Shown here: positions 1-10,735 of the stretch, piece after piece
How the letters are laid out: the number at the start of each line of letters is the position of its first letter
Position numbering within the stretch: position 1 is the first letter of the stretch
Assembly (NCBI GenBank): GCA_963809895.1
Contig: CAWELD010000003.1
Coordinates: 2,048,001-2,112,000, forward strand
DNA length: 64,000 nucleotides
Direction of reading: 5' to 3'
DNA from: an uncultured Gemmatimonadales bacterium
Lineage (GTDB): Bacteria; Gemmatimonadota; Gemmatimonadetes; Longimicrobiales; Gaopeijiaceae
Notes under the pieces: generated by a model
The model's database searches: none
The model's input: the letters and a program-made list of their open reading frames with translations, nothing else
Told to the model about the DNA's origin: nothing
Program-made: the position numbers and the translations under genes

Positions 1-987
<987 letters not shown>

Positions 988-1116
988 GAAGTAACCGGCC
1001 GTTTCGTGTCGAGTTCGATCAGGACTCCCCGAGTGTACCGGGGGTTGGAACCCGTGTAACTTAGCGGCGCTACGCCCCGAGGCCAGCCTCTTCGCCACCC
1101 CCTGCTTCGCGCACCC

Positions 1117-1932
1117 ATGTCACGACTCGACGACTCGTCCGCCCATCGGCTCCGCACGGCGCTGGCGGCCGCCGACGCCGCTGCGGCGGTGCACCTGCGT
1201 TGGGCCGGGCGCGTGGGGATGGACCAGGCGCGCCGCAAGGGCGCGGCCGACTTCGTGTCACGGGTCGACGACGAGGCCCAGGCGGCGGCGCTAGCCGAGA
1301 TCCGGCGCCGGTATCCCGGCCACGCGGTGCTCGCCGAAGAGGAGGGGGACGGCGTGGACGAGCTGCCGCCGGACGGGAGCCCCTGCTGGATCGTGGATCC
1401 CCTGGACGGGACCACCAACTTCCTGCACGGACATCCCATGTACGCGTCGTCGGTGGCGCTATCCGTGGAGGGCGCGTCGGTGGTGGGCGCGGTGGTGTGC
1501 CCGACCACGGGCGAGCGCTGGTGGGCCGCCAGGGGCTCGGGAGCGTGGAAGAACGGCCGGCGCATCTCCGTCTCCCGGGTCGAGGAGCTCCGCGACGCCC
1601 TGGTGGGCACGGGCTTCCCCTTCAAGCGCCTGGACGAGGCGACCCGTTACGGGGAGCAGCTGGCCCGGGTGCTGGCGGGCACCTCGGGGATCCGCAGGGG
1701 CGGCTCGGCGGCGCTGGACCTGTGTTATCTGGCGGAGGGCCGCTTCGACGCCTTCTGGGAGCTGTTCCTGAATCCGTGGGATTTCGCCGCCGGAATCCTG
1801 CTGGTGGACGAAGCCGGCGGATGCGTGGACCGGGTGGACGGTGGCGGGCTGCCGCTGGAGCGCGGCTCGGTCCTGGCCGGCAACGGAGCGCCCCTCATGG
1901 AAGGGCTGCGCCGGCTCCTGTCCGGAAGCTGA
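1117..1932 (+). CDS. suhB: Inositol monophosphatase family protein
   Basis: WIVDPLDGTTNF, GSAALDLCYLAEG and PWDFAAG motifs. Confidence 0.92.
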   Translation: MSRLDDSSAHRLRTALAAADAAAAVHLRWAGRVGMDQARRKGAADFVSRVDDEAQAAALAEIRRRYPGHAVLAEEEGDGVDELPPDGSPCWIVDPLDGTTNFLHGHPMYASSVALSVEGASVVGAVVCPTTGERWWAARGSGAWKNGRRISVSRVEELRDALVGTGFPFKRLDEATRYGEQLARVLAGTSGIRRGGSAALDLCYLAEGRFDAFWELFLNPWDFAAGILLVDEAGGCVDRVDGGGLPLERGSVLAGNGAPLMEGLRRLLSGS

Positions 1933-1937
1933 ACGCG

Positions 1938-1974
1938 ACGGGCGGGCCCGACCGAACCGGCCGGACCCGCCCGT
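1938..1974. terminator. GC-rich hairpin between convergent suhB and hsp20 (possible bidirectional terminator, no U tract)
   Basis: ACGGGCGGG (1938-1946) is the reverse complement of CCCGCCCGT (1966-1974), with further internal pairing. Confidence 0.5.
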
Positions 1975-1997
1975 GAGCGCGTGGCGCCGCGGAGGCG

Positions 1998-2459
1998 TCA
2001 GCCCTGCACGCCCTCGCCGCTGCCGATGCTGATGCGGCGGCTCTTGGCCTCCGGCACCTTGGGCATGCGCACGTGGAGGACGCCGTCCTCGAAGTCGGCC
2101 CGGATCTCTTCCGGATTCACCGTGCGCGGCAGGGTGAAGGAGCGCTGGAACGCGCCGTAGCGCCGCTCCCACACGTGATACTTGCGGCCTTCCTCACCCT
2201 CCTTGCGCTCCTCGGACTTCTCGCCGTGGATCGTGAGGATGTTGTTCTCGAGCTCCAGCTCGATGTCGTCGCGCTTCATGCCAGGAAGCTCGGCGCTCAG
2301 GTGGAGCTCCTCGGCGGACTCTTCGACGTTGACCGCGGGCATCCAGGTACCGCCGTTTGACGGTACGGGATAGTCCTCGTTGAACATCTGGCCGAGGCGG
2401 TTGGTCAGGGTGTCCAGCTCACGCCAGGGGTTCCTGTAGGTCCAGCGCGTGATGGCCAT
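1998..2459 (-). CDS. Hsp20/alpha-crystallin small heat-shock protein
   Basis: ELPGM, ERRYGAFQRSFTLP and FEDGVLHVRMPK motifs. Start re-called at ATG 2459, which follows an AGGAGG ribosome-binding site. Confidence 0.93.
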   Translation of the reverse strand: MAITRWTYRNPWRELDTLTNRLGQMFNEDYPVPSNGGTWMPAVNVEESAEELHLSAELPGMKRDDIELELENNILTIHGEKSEERKEGEEGRKYHVWERRYGAFQRSFTLPRTVNPEEIRADFEDGVLHVRMPKVPEAKSRRISIGSGEGVQG

Positions 2460-2559
2460 GGTGCTTCCTCCTGCTGGGTCTCTCTGGTGGTTCGCGTTCA
2501 TCCCGGATCGTGGCCCCCGAAGCGGGGTGGCACGATGGCCGGGGCCGGCCGTAGGGAGT

Positions 2560-2575
2560 TGCAATCCGCGTGCCA
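2560..2575 (-). promoter_or_regulatory. Sigma-54 (-24/-12) promoter upstream of hsp20
   Basis: Minus strand reads TGGCACGCGGATTGCA, an exact match to TGGCACG-N4-TTGCA (GG-N10-GC), about 100 nt upstream of the start codon. Confidence 0.75.
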
Positions 2576-2691
2576 TCAGGAGCGAGCGTCGATCCTGCCA
2601 AGATGAACGGCCCCAGCGACTTGGGAGACGTCGACTTCTGCCGCCCAGACAGTCGGACGGTCGCAGGGCTGTCAGTGCGGCAGCCCTGCGG

Positions 2692-5319
2692 TCAGTCGGG
2701 GCGGAGCGCCTCCACCGGGTCCACCGCGGTGGCCCGCCGAACCGGCAGCCACGCCGCCAGCAACCCCACGCCTCCGAGGGCGAGTGCCACCGGGACCAGC
2801 ACGCCGGGAGCCAGGGGGGTCACACCGAAGAGGAGCGAGCCCAGGCTGCGGCCCGCCAGCCAGGCGCCGGCGGTGCCCACGGCGATGCCCAGGGCCAGCA
2901 CGCGCCCGACACGCAGGACCTCGGTGCGCTGGAGTCGGGCGCGCCCCGCGCCCAGGGCCACCCGCACTCCGAACTCGGCGCGCCGGCGCCCCGTCGCGTA
3001 CGCCACCACGCCGTACACGCCCAACAGCCCCAACACCAGCGCCACGCCCCCCAGGATGGCCGCCAACAGCGCCAGGAGCCGGGTGCGGGCGAAGCTCCCT
3101 TCCACCACGTCGGCCAGGGTGCGAACCCGGCTCACCGGTACGCTGGCGCTGACCGACCACACGGCGGCCTTGAGCGCATCGAGGCGCTCCCCGGGCTCGC
3201 CCCGGGTACGCACCACGGCGTGCATGGTCCGCCAGGGCCAATCCCGGTGCAGGATGTACAGCGCCGGAAACGGAGGCCGGTCGACGCCGCTCTCCAGAAC
3301 GTCCTCCACCACACCCACGACCCGGAGCCAGGGCACGCCGCCGGGCCCGTTGAAGACCTTCCCCACGGCGTCACCGTCGGGCCAGAGCTGGCGTGCCGCG
3401 GTCTGGTTGAGCACGCCCACCACCACGTCGCCGGGGCGGTCGTCGTCGGGGGTGATCATCCTGCCGGCCCGCAGGCGCGCACCCAGGGTCTCGAGGTAGC
3501 CGGGCGTGACCAGGCGGTGATCCACCTGAGGCGCGGGCTCGCCCGGGGGTCGCTCCCGGTCGGCCGGGTTCAGCGTGATGCGGCTGGTGCCGCCGCCCAT
3601 GGGCAACCGGGACACGAAGCCCACCGACTCCACGCCCGGGACCGCCGCCAGCGCCGCCTGGGCCTCCTGAAAGAAACGCACCACGTCGGCGTCGGTGGGA
3701 TAGGCAGCCGGCGGCGCGCTGATGCGGAAGGTGAGGGCGTCGGCCGTGCGAAAGCCCGGGTCCACCCGAGCGAGCTGCTGGAGGCTGCGACCCAGGAGGC
3801 CCGCGGAGGCCACCAGGACGGTGGCCAGCGCGAGCTGAGCCGCCACCAGGGCTCCCTGCAGGCGCAGCGTGCCCCGATCCTGCGAAGCACCCCGGCTGGC
3901 GGAGAGCGCCCCGGCCGGGTCACGGCGGGCCACGCCCAGCGCCGGAACCAGCCCCGCCAACGCCGCGGCGCCCACCGCCACGGCGAGGGTGGCGACAATC
4001 GGCCGCACACCCAGCGGCAGGCCTTCCGGGGGAAACAACGAGGGCAGATAGCGGATCAGGCCCGCCCGCAGACCCAGGGCCAAGCCCAGCCCCGTGATAC
4101 CGCCGGCCACCCCCACCAACGCCGTCTCCGCCAGGATCAGTCGCACGGTGCGGGCCCGGCCTGAGCCCAGCGCCGCCCGCACCGAGAGCTCCCGCTCCCG
4201 CGACGCGGTGCGCGCCAGCACCAGGTTCGCCACGTTGGCGCACGCCACCAGGAGCACCAGGGCCACGGCGGCCAGCGCCAGCAGCAGGGGCGTCCGCCGG
4301 TCCGCGACCAGCGCGTCGGCCAGGCTCACGGCGTCGGCCCGGGCCACGTCCTCCTCGGACAGCCAGCCCGGGTCTCGCTCACGGTAGGTCGCCGCCCAGC
4401 GGCGCACGTCGGTGTCGGCCTCGTCCACCGTGGCGCCGGGTGCCAGGCGGCCCAACGCCTCCATGAAATACGACGAGCCGTAGCTGTCGGCGGTCGGATC
4501 CACCGTGACCGGCACCCAGGCGTCCACGCCTCGTCCGTTGAGCGCCTCGTAGCCCGCGGGCATGACGCCCACCACGGTGCGCCGGGCGGCCCCTTCCCCA
4601 CCCAGCGCGACGCTCCGCCCCAGGATCCCGGGGTCGGCGCCGAAGCGCTCGCTCCAGACACGGTAGGACAGGAGCGCCACCGGAGGCGCCCCGGGCTCGG
4701 CGTCGGCTGCCACCAGTCCACGCCCGAGCAGAGGGCGCACCCCCAGGATCTCGTGCAGGTTCGTGGTCACGTGGGCCGCGAAGATCTCGGTGGGCTCACC
4801 CCCTTCGCTCAACGTGAGGAGGAGCCCCCCGTACCCGGCGACGGCGTCCACGCTGCGGAGCTCCTCGCGGGCCAGGTCCACCATGCGCACGCTCCAGTTC
4901 TCGCGACCCCAGAGCGACACCAGGCGCTCGGGCTCGTGATACGGAAGCGCCTTGAGGAGCACCGAGTCCACCAGTGCGAACACGACGGCGTTCACGCCCA
5001 CGGCCACGGCCAGCGTCGCCACCGCCGCCAGGGTGTACGCCGGGGCTCGCCGGAGTCCCCGCGCCCCGTGTCTCAGATCCTGCGCCCAACCCCCCATGAC
5101 CCCTCCTCCGCTGCTGGACCGTATGACCGCCCACCACTCCCGCACACCCGCGCGCAGCGCGTCGAGTCCGAGTCGCCCCGCCGTCCGAAGGGTGGCGCCC
5201 GAGCCCAGGCGGCGGGCCTCGTCCATCTGCAAGCGCGCCTCGTCGGCCATGGCGTCCCCCCACTCCCGCCGGAAGCGTCCCGGAAGGAGCAGCCGCAACA
5301 GGAGGCGGTAGAACGTCAC
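2692..5319 (-). CDS. ADOP-type duplicated MacB/FtsX-like ABC permease
   Basis: QDLRHGARGLRRAPAYT, LLVACANVANLVLAR, RERELSVRAALGSGR and RRRAEFGVRVALGA; ends VDPVEALR; duplicated permease architecture. Confidence 0.9.
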   Translation of the reverse strand: MTFYRLLLRLLLPGRFRREWGDAMADEARLQMDEARRLGSGATLRTAGRLGLDALRAGVREWWAVIRSSSGGGVMGGWAQDLRHGARGLRRAPAYTLAAVATLAVAVGVNAVVFALVDSVLLKALPYHEPERLVSLWGRENWSVRMVDLAREELRSVDAVAGYGGLLLTLSEGGEPTEIFAAHVTTNLHEILGVRPLLGRGLVAADAEPGAPPVALLSYRVWSERFGADPGILGRSVALGGEGAARRTVVGVMPAGYEALNGRGVDAWVPVTVDPTADSYGSSYFMEALGRLAPGATVDEADTDVRRWAATYRERDPGWLSEEDVARADAVSLADALVADRRTPLLLALAAVALVLLVACANVANLVLARTASRERELSVRAALGSGRARTVRLILAETALVGVAGGITGLGLALGLRAGLIRYLPSLFPPEGLPLGVRPIVATLAVAVGAAALAGLVPALGVARRDPAGALSASRGASQDRGTLRLQGALVAAQLALATVLVASAGLLGRSLQQLARVDPGFRTADALTFRISAPPAAYPTDADVVRFFQEAQAALAAVPGVESVGFVSRLPMGGGTSRITLNPADRERPPGEPAPQVDHRLVTPGYLETLGARLRAGRMITPDDDRPGDVVVGVLNQTAARQLWPDGDAVGKVFNGPGGVPWLRVVGVVEDVLESGVDRPPFPALYILHRDWPWRTMHAVVRTRGEPGERLDALKAAVWSVSASVPVSRVRTLADVVEGSFARTRLLALLAAILGGVALVLGLLGVYGVVAYATGRRRAEFGVRVALGAGRARLQRTEVLRVGRVLALGIAVGTAGAWLAGRSLGSLLFGVTPLAPGVLVPVALALGGVGLLAAWLPVRRATAVDPVEALRPD

Positions 5320-5654
5320 GCGCCCCCCGCCGGCCGCAGCGCCTTGTCGCGCGCGATGGCCAGGAGCTCGTCCATGCGCGCTGCTTCTTCACTGGCCGCG
5401 TCACGCCCGAGCGTCGTGATGGCGTAGTAGCGCCGGCGATCGTCGTCCGATGCTCCCGTCGGCGGGGCGACCTCACGGATCCATCCCCGCGTCGCGAGCC
5501 GCTTGATGGCCCCGTACAGCGTGCCCGGGCCCATGTCCACGCGCCCGGCGGTGCGCTCGCGCACGTCGAGCTTGATGCCGTGCCCGTGCTTGGCGCCGTC
5601 GAGAAGTGCCAGCAGGACCCGGAATTCGGCGGGAGGGAGGACGTCGTCGGCCAC
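5316..5654 (-). CDS. PadR-family transcriptional regulator
   Basis: HGHGI, GPGTLYGAIKRL and RRRYYAITTLG motifs. Start re-called at GTG 5654; the stop overlaps the permease start. Confidence 0.9.
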   Translation of the reverse strand: MADDVLPPAEFRVLLALLDGAKHGHGIKLDVRERTAGRVDMGPGTLYGAIKRLATRGWIREVAPPTGASDDDRRRYYAITTLGRDAASEEAARMDELLAIARDKALRPAGGA

Positions 5655-5680
5655 GAGGGACTCCGATTCGGTAGGCGTGA

Positions 5681-5720
5681 AACAATATCGCCGCGCGATA
5701 CTACGTTGCTCGATATTGTT
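5681..5720. promoter_or_regulatory. Inverted repeat, candidate PadR operator
   Basis: AACAATATCG-N20-CGATATTGTT, containing tandem boxes TATCG-N5-CGATA and CTACG-N5-CGATA, just upstream of padR. Confidence 0.6.
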
Positions 5721-5868
5721 GCTCTGAGGGCGGCCAGTCAAGGGCCGGCGTCTCCGGGGGATGCCCTGAATGTGCCCGAGCGGCTCCACTATATTCTGTG
5801 ACCATGCCGCTGGCGCGCCGCGCGCCGCGGTCAGTCGGCGGATTCGCGGGGACCGGAGGTGGAAGAAC

Positions 5869-6126
5869 GGGGGGAGAGAGGGGGGGGGGGGGAGGGGGGG
5901 GGGATGGTGTGTGTGGGATGGGAAGTGATGAGTGTGATGGTGTGTAGGGTTGAGAGGAGGATGGGGAGGGAAGATGGGTGGATGAGAGGTGGAGGGTTAG
6001 AGGGGTAGATGGGAAGTGGGAGTATTGGATGAGTGTGGAGGAAGGGTAAGAGTTGGTATGGTGAGTGAGAGTAGAGGTAGAGGAGGTGGTGAGGAGGGTG
6101 GTGGATGGGAGAAGAGATGTTGGATG
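5869..6126 (+). repeat. Low-complexity cytosine-free G/A/T tract beginning with poly-G runs (likely artefact)
   Basis: No C on the plus strand for 258 nt; long G runs at about 5880-5903. Confidence 0.8.
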
Positions 6127-7077
6127 CACAGGCAAGAGAGAACCTTGGAGAATGAGTGGAATGAGGATAGCAGAACGAGTGGTAAGGGTAACAGAGTGCA
6201 GTGGCGCTGATCTGTCGATAGTGGTTGAGAGACGCTACGAAGAAGTGGGGTTAGGTATGACGAGGTAACGCTGATGTTGATGCGCACAGGGATGATGGGA
6301 GCGGAGTACAAGGAGGCTATGCTCGCACGAGGGTGTAGAGCGCTGTTGCGACGCAACCGGTGAGGAAGGTCATTTCAAGGAGGGTACGAGCGCGCCGATA
6401 CAAGTTGGACGAGGAATACAGCGCACATGAGGAGAGGCTAGATGGCAAGCACGAGAAACTGGAGATCGCCTGCACGGGCTAACGTGGGTGTAGGATGTCG
6501 CTGACTCCGCACCGATGCTGAGAAAGTTGTTCCCAGCAATACGCTAGGACAGTTTCGTCAAGCGCGCACATGTGGCTGGGCGTGCTGCCGTTGAGAGGTT
6601 CTAGAAGAGAAGAGGCGTATCACGGGAAGAGGAGAGAAATACTCAGACAACGGAGATGAGGAAGAGCTCGCTGTGGAGTTCCTTACAGCAGTATGCTCGC
6701 CACCGGAATCGAGGCCGGAGAAGGTTCGCGCTGACAGACTGACAACTGGATCATCTACGAGAGACTAGGACGAGTACAGTAGGGGGCACGGCGTCGCCTG
6801 CGCGAGAATCGGAATTGGAGCGCGCTTCTAGATGCTCGGCATGGCAAACAGTACACGTGCTCGGTAGACGGGCGCATGCGTGGAACACGACGAGATCAAC
6901 ATAGCGAAGGTCTCGCACTAGGGAAAAAAAGGAATCGCAGCCAACGTCGACATGACTAGGCACGGGACACAACTTTGAGATAGGCACTCCGGCGCCACCA
7001 GGAAACGGTCCCAAACGGGCGTCTGCTATCCTCACCGAATGCCGAGGGCCTCGAAGGCATGAAGGTCCTGACGACGG

Positions 7078-7115
7078 ACTGCGCAGGGGAACGCGGCGGC
7101 ATTCCCCTGCGCAGT
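7078..7115 (-). terminator. Perfect 14-bp hairpin downstream of the subtilase gene
   Basis: ACTGCGCAGGGGAA-N10-TTCCCCTGCGCAGT, just after the stop at 7132. Confidence 0.6.
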
Positions 7116-7131
7116 GTCACGTCACACATCC

Positions 7132-8754
7132 CTAGCTGGCACAGATGTCGGCACCGGAGTCTTCATATACGGTAATTTGGTGTGAGCCTGTCACGCCAAC
7201 GGCGTCCTCCACTTGAAGCAGGATCGTAAAGTGGTCCGTTTGGTTGCCGGCGCCTTTGGTAGTCGTGAAGCTCGACCGCTTCCCGTTCCGCCTGAACCTC
7301 CATTGTTGTACCACGAGTACGTGTACGGAGACGTTCCATTGGTGCTTGCGAACCAGGTACACGTTGCGCCCGGCTTGATCTCCGTTGGTCCTGGATGCCC
7401 ACGGTCAGCGAGTCCATGGGCGAGTAGTCCACGGCAGCATCGATGTCCAGCATGCCATACCCGTAGTACGTGGCTGAACCAAGATACTCTGCGCTGCCCC
7501 GCAAGGCCTGGCGAATGTACCAATTTGACCAGCTCGGATGGGCCTCCTTGAGTAACCGCCGCTGCCGCGGCGACAATCGAAGAGGAAAACGAGGTTCCGG
7601 CCACGATGTCCGTACCACCACCCAAGTCGGTCGTCCTGATGCTCGTCCCAGGCGCCGACAACTCTACGCCTGTGCCGTAGTTGGCCAGACAGGCCTGACA
7701 TCGCTCGTGTTTGTAGCTGTGACACCGATGACATCGCCATACGCGGCCGGGTATCGAACGCTCGACGTATCGTTGCCGACAGCGGAGACGATCACGATGC
7801 CCTCGTCCCATGCGGCGGCGACTTGATCGAAGAGAGCCGTCGGTGAGCTCGCGTATCCGGTGCTGATGTTGATGACGTCGACATCGTTGGTTCGCCCGAA
7901 CTCGACGCCGCATGCGGTATAGTCCGAGGAGGGCGTAGCATCACCATCCTTCGACGACCAGAGATCCACTGAGTAGGAACCCCCGATCACGTCACCGGTG
8001 TTGTTCAGTGCTGCTGCGACCCGCCACAAGGGTGCCGTGGTCTTCACCATTCACTTGGCCATTCGTCTCATCGCATCCTTGGATAACTGCACATCCAAAT
8101 CGGAATGATTGTCATCGATGCCGCTATCGATGATGAGGAGATCGACGCCGCTGCCTGTCCCGTCGCTCCAAGCATCAGGCGCATTCACTCGCTCCACATT
8201 CCACGTAGTGTCCTGACTGGCTCGCCGTCCAGCTGGACGGGCTCGATGTAGTCGACCCTTGGGTTGGCGAATTAGAGGCACGAGTTCGCTGATTCGGTTG
8301 GTGGGGATCGTGGCAGAGACTGCGGGAATCAGCCTGAACTCCCATCGAACCTCATATCCAGATCCCGTACGAAAGCCTTGCCGCGGCCACCGAAGCCGAT
8401 GAAGTCGTAGAGTGCCCCCGCGCGTCGACACCACCTCTCATGCCCGAGTTCTCGAATCCGATGGTTACTCGACCACCGGCGCCCTCGATGGCGGTGGCGA
8501 GTCTCGTCTGTCATGTACCACCACGGCGCATCGTAACGGGTGCCCCTATCTTGCGGCGCCATCTGACCTTGCAGGTGCCGAGGGCTGATCAACGACAGGA
8601 GAATTCGCCTTCTGGGGAGTGACCGGCGACCGCGGTCGGTACAGGCCTGAACCGTGACGGCGGCCATCAGTATCGCGAGAATCGCGAGCGGCCGCCGCGC
8701 AGCGAGAGCGACTTGACGGAGGGTTCGAGTTGAGAAACTGAGACATGTCGCCAT
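7132..8754 (-). pseudogene. Subtilisin-like S8 serine peptidase, multiply frameshifted (pseudogene or sequencing errors)
   Basis: Pieces lie in different frames: N-terminal hydrophobic stretch ending VQAC, propeptide, LLIIDSGID (Asp), GEDHGTLVAG at about 8021-8048 (His), SAVGND, VELSAPG, AGTSFSS (Ser), YYGYG, and a C-terminal beta-rich region. Confidence 0.85.
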
Positions 8755-8825
8755 TGCGACCTCCCGAGGATCGTTTTGAGAATGGGAAGGCTGGACGCTC
8801 CATAGAGAAAGACCGATGAGCGCCC

Positions 8826-9421
8826 TCACCCCCCCCCGTCCTCAATTGAGGACAGCCAGAGGAGGTTGCCCTCCGCGTCGATCGTCATTAACCGGCGAAG
8901 GTACGTCCTTCCCCGGGCAACCTGCTTCTCCACGGCGCCCGGCTGATTCCCAAACGGTCGGCAATCTCCCGGTGAGTCAGGCCCTCCACGAGGCTGAGCG
9001 TCATGACGAGCGCGCATCGCTCGGGAAGTCGGCGGAGACAAGCCAGCAGACGGGCCTGGTCATCCATGCGAATCACCAGGTCGTCTGGTCCCAGCAATGT
9101 CGATCGGGCGTGTTCTTCGATTTCCGTCAGGGGTCTCCCTCGTCGACGAGACTCCAGGGCTCGCAGAGCTTCGCGCCTAGCCGCCCGTCGGCAATAGGCC
9201 CGAGGAGTCTCGAGTTCTCTCCACGCTCCGTCGTCAAACATCTTCATGAACACGGTCTGGACCACGTCATCCACCAAGGGGCAATCACCCAGGACTCCAC
9301 GGGCGTCGGAGACAAGGACATGCCTCCACTGCCTCACGAAGGACGCAAAGGACCCTGGGGAATCAGAGCGAATCGACACGGCGCGAGAGAAAGACACGAA
9401 GCGTACCCGCCACGCATACAT
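8826..9421 (-). CDS. ECF-type RNA polymerase sigma factor with one apparent frameshift near 8941
   Basis: DDVVQTVFMK and LPERCALVMTLSLVEGLTHREIADRLGIS; region 4 continues in another frame as PGAVEKQVARGRTYLR. Start codon uncertain. Confidence 0.8.
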
Positions 9422-9655
9422 GCATCCGATCTCGCCCGGTCGTCAAGGTTCACCCGGCTGCGCTGCGATCTCATCAGGGCTCATTGCCATTGCCCCACGC
9501 CCGGCGACCGACCGCGCCCTTCGCGGGGTCGAGTCCACTTGCCCATTGATCCGCGCTATATTCGGGCTCCGCTCCAACCCCTGGGGCTGGGGCAAGAGCA
9601 TGGGACCAAGCATCGCGCCGCAGCGCGTCGGCGTAGTGCAGGGACGGAGGTGACG

Positions 9656-10735
9656 GTGACGCAAAGCGAGAAGATCCCGGTGGGAGTGCTGGGGGCCACC
9701 GGCACCGTGGGAGAACGGTTGGTGGCCCTCCTGGCCCATCACCCGTGGTTCCGACTGGTGGAGGCCGCCGCCTCGGACCGCTCCGAGGGTGACCGGCTGG
9801 GAGACCGGATGGCACCGGAGGTGGGTCCCCTGCCCCCGGAGCTGGCGGAGCTGCGGCTGCAGTCGCTGGACGGCCCGTTTCGGGCACCCCTCCTCCTGTC
9901 CGCCCTTCCCGCGGGCGCGGCCCGGGAAGCCGAACCCCGTCTCGCCGGCGCGGGCCACCTGGTGGTGAGCAACGCCTCGGCCTTCCGCACCGACCCCGAC
10001 GTGCCCCTGCTGGTGCCCGACGTCAACCCGGACCACCTGGCGCTCCTGGACCGGCAGCGGGAGCGCTGGCCTGGTGGCATCGTCACCAATCCCAACTGCT
10101 CGGTGGCGGGGCTGGTGGTGGCGCTCAAGCCGCTGCACGACGCCTTCGGGATCGAATCCCTCACCGTGACCACCCTGCAGGCCATCTCGGGTGCCGGACG
10201 ACCGGGTCCGGCGGCAGCCGACCTCGTGGACAACGTGCTCCCCTTCATCGCCGGCGAGGAGGACAAGCTGGCCGCGGAGCCACGGCGCATTCTCGGGACG
10301 CTGGTGGACGGGATCGTGACGGAAGCGGAGGTGGCCGTGAGCGCCACCTGCACGCGCGTCCCGGTCCTGCACGGACACCTGGAGACGCTGTCGGCCCGCT
10401 TCACGCGGCCACCGGCGAGTCCGGACGAGGTGGTGGAGGCGCTCCGCGACTACCGGAGCCCCCTGGAGGGACTCGGCCTGCCCACGGCGCCCGTGCGGCC
10501 CATCGACGTGCTGGAGGAGCCGGACCGCCCACAGCCCCGGGTGGATCGGGACCGGGGCGCGGGCATGACCGTGACCGTGGGCCGGGTGCGCCCCTGCCCC
10601 GTGGGCCACGTGCGCTTCGTAGTGCTGTCCCACAACCTGCTCCGGGGGGCGGCCGGCGCCGCGCTGCTGAACGCCGAGCTGGCCACGGTCCGGGGCCGGG
10701 TGCCGGGCGTCGCCGGACCACCGGAGCACGCGTGA
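9656..10735 (+). CDS. asd: Aspartate-semialdehyde dehydrogenase
   Basis: GVLGATGTVG, TNPNCS (active-site Cys), QAISGAG, RVPVLHGH and HNLLRGAAG. Start re-called at GTG after GGAGGT. Confidence 0.95.
   Translation: MTQSEKIPVGVLGATGTVGERLVALLAHHPWFRLVEAAASDRSEGDRLGDRMAPEVGPLPPELAELRLQSLDGPFRAPLLLSALPAGAAREAEPRLAGAGHLVVSNASAFRTDPDVPLLVPDVNPDHLALLDRQRERWPGGIVTNPNCSVAGLVVALKPLHDAFGIESLTVTTLQAISGAGRPGPAAADLVDNVLPFIAGEEDKLAAEPRRILGTLVDGIVTEAEVAVSATCTRVPVLHGHLETLSARFTRPPASPDEVVEALRDYRSPLEGLGLPTAPVRPIDVLEEPDRPQPRVDRDRGAGMTVTVGRVRPCPVGHVRFVVLSHNLLRGAAGAALLNAELATVRGRVPGVAGPPEHA

Noticed and set aside
988..1116. T-box leader for trpS
   Set aside because: The intergenic region is only about 130 nt, is shared with divergent suhB, and lacks the T-box sequence.
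5701..6356. Pro/Ser/Thr/His-rich ORFs over the cytosine-free tract
   Set aside because: Their composition follows directly from the low-complexity sequence and is not evidence of coding.
6983..7000. GGCACTCCGGCGCCACCA resembling a tRNA 3' end or att site
   Set aside because: No T-loop GTTCRA, no cloverleaf, no second copy seen, and it lies in unreliable sequence.
9422..9655. Lysine riboswitch upstream of asd-lysC
   Set aside because: No recognisable conserved core or terminator; a covariance-model scan would be needed to exclude it fully.
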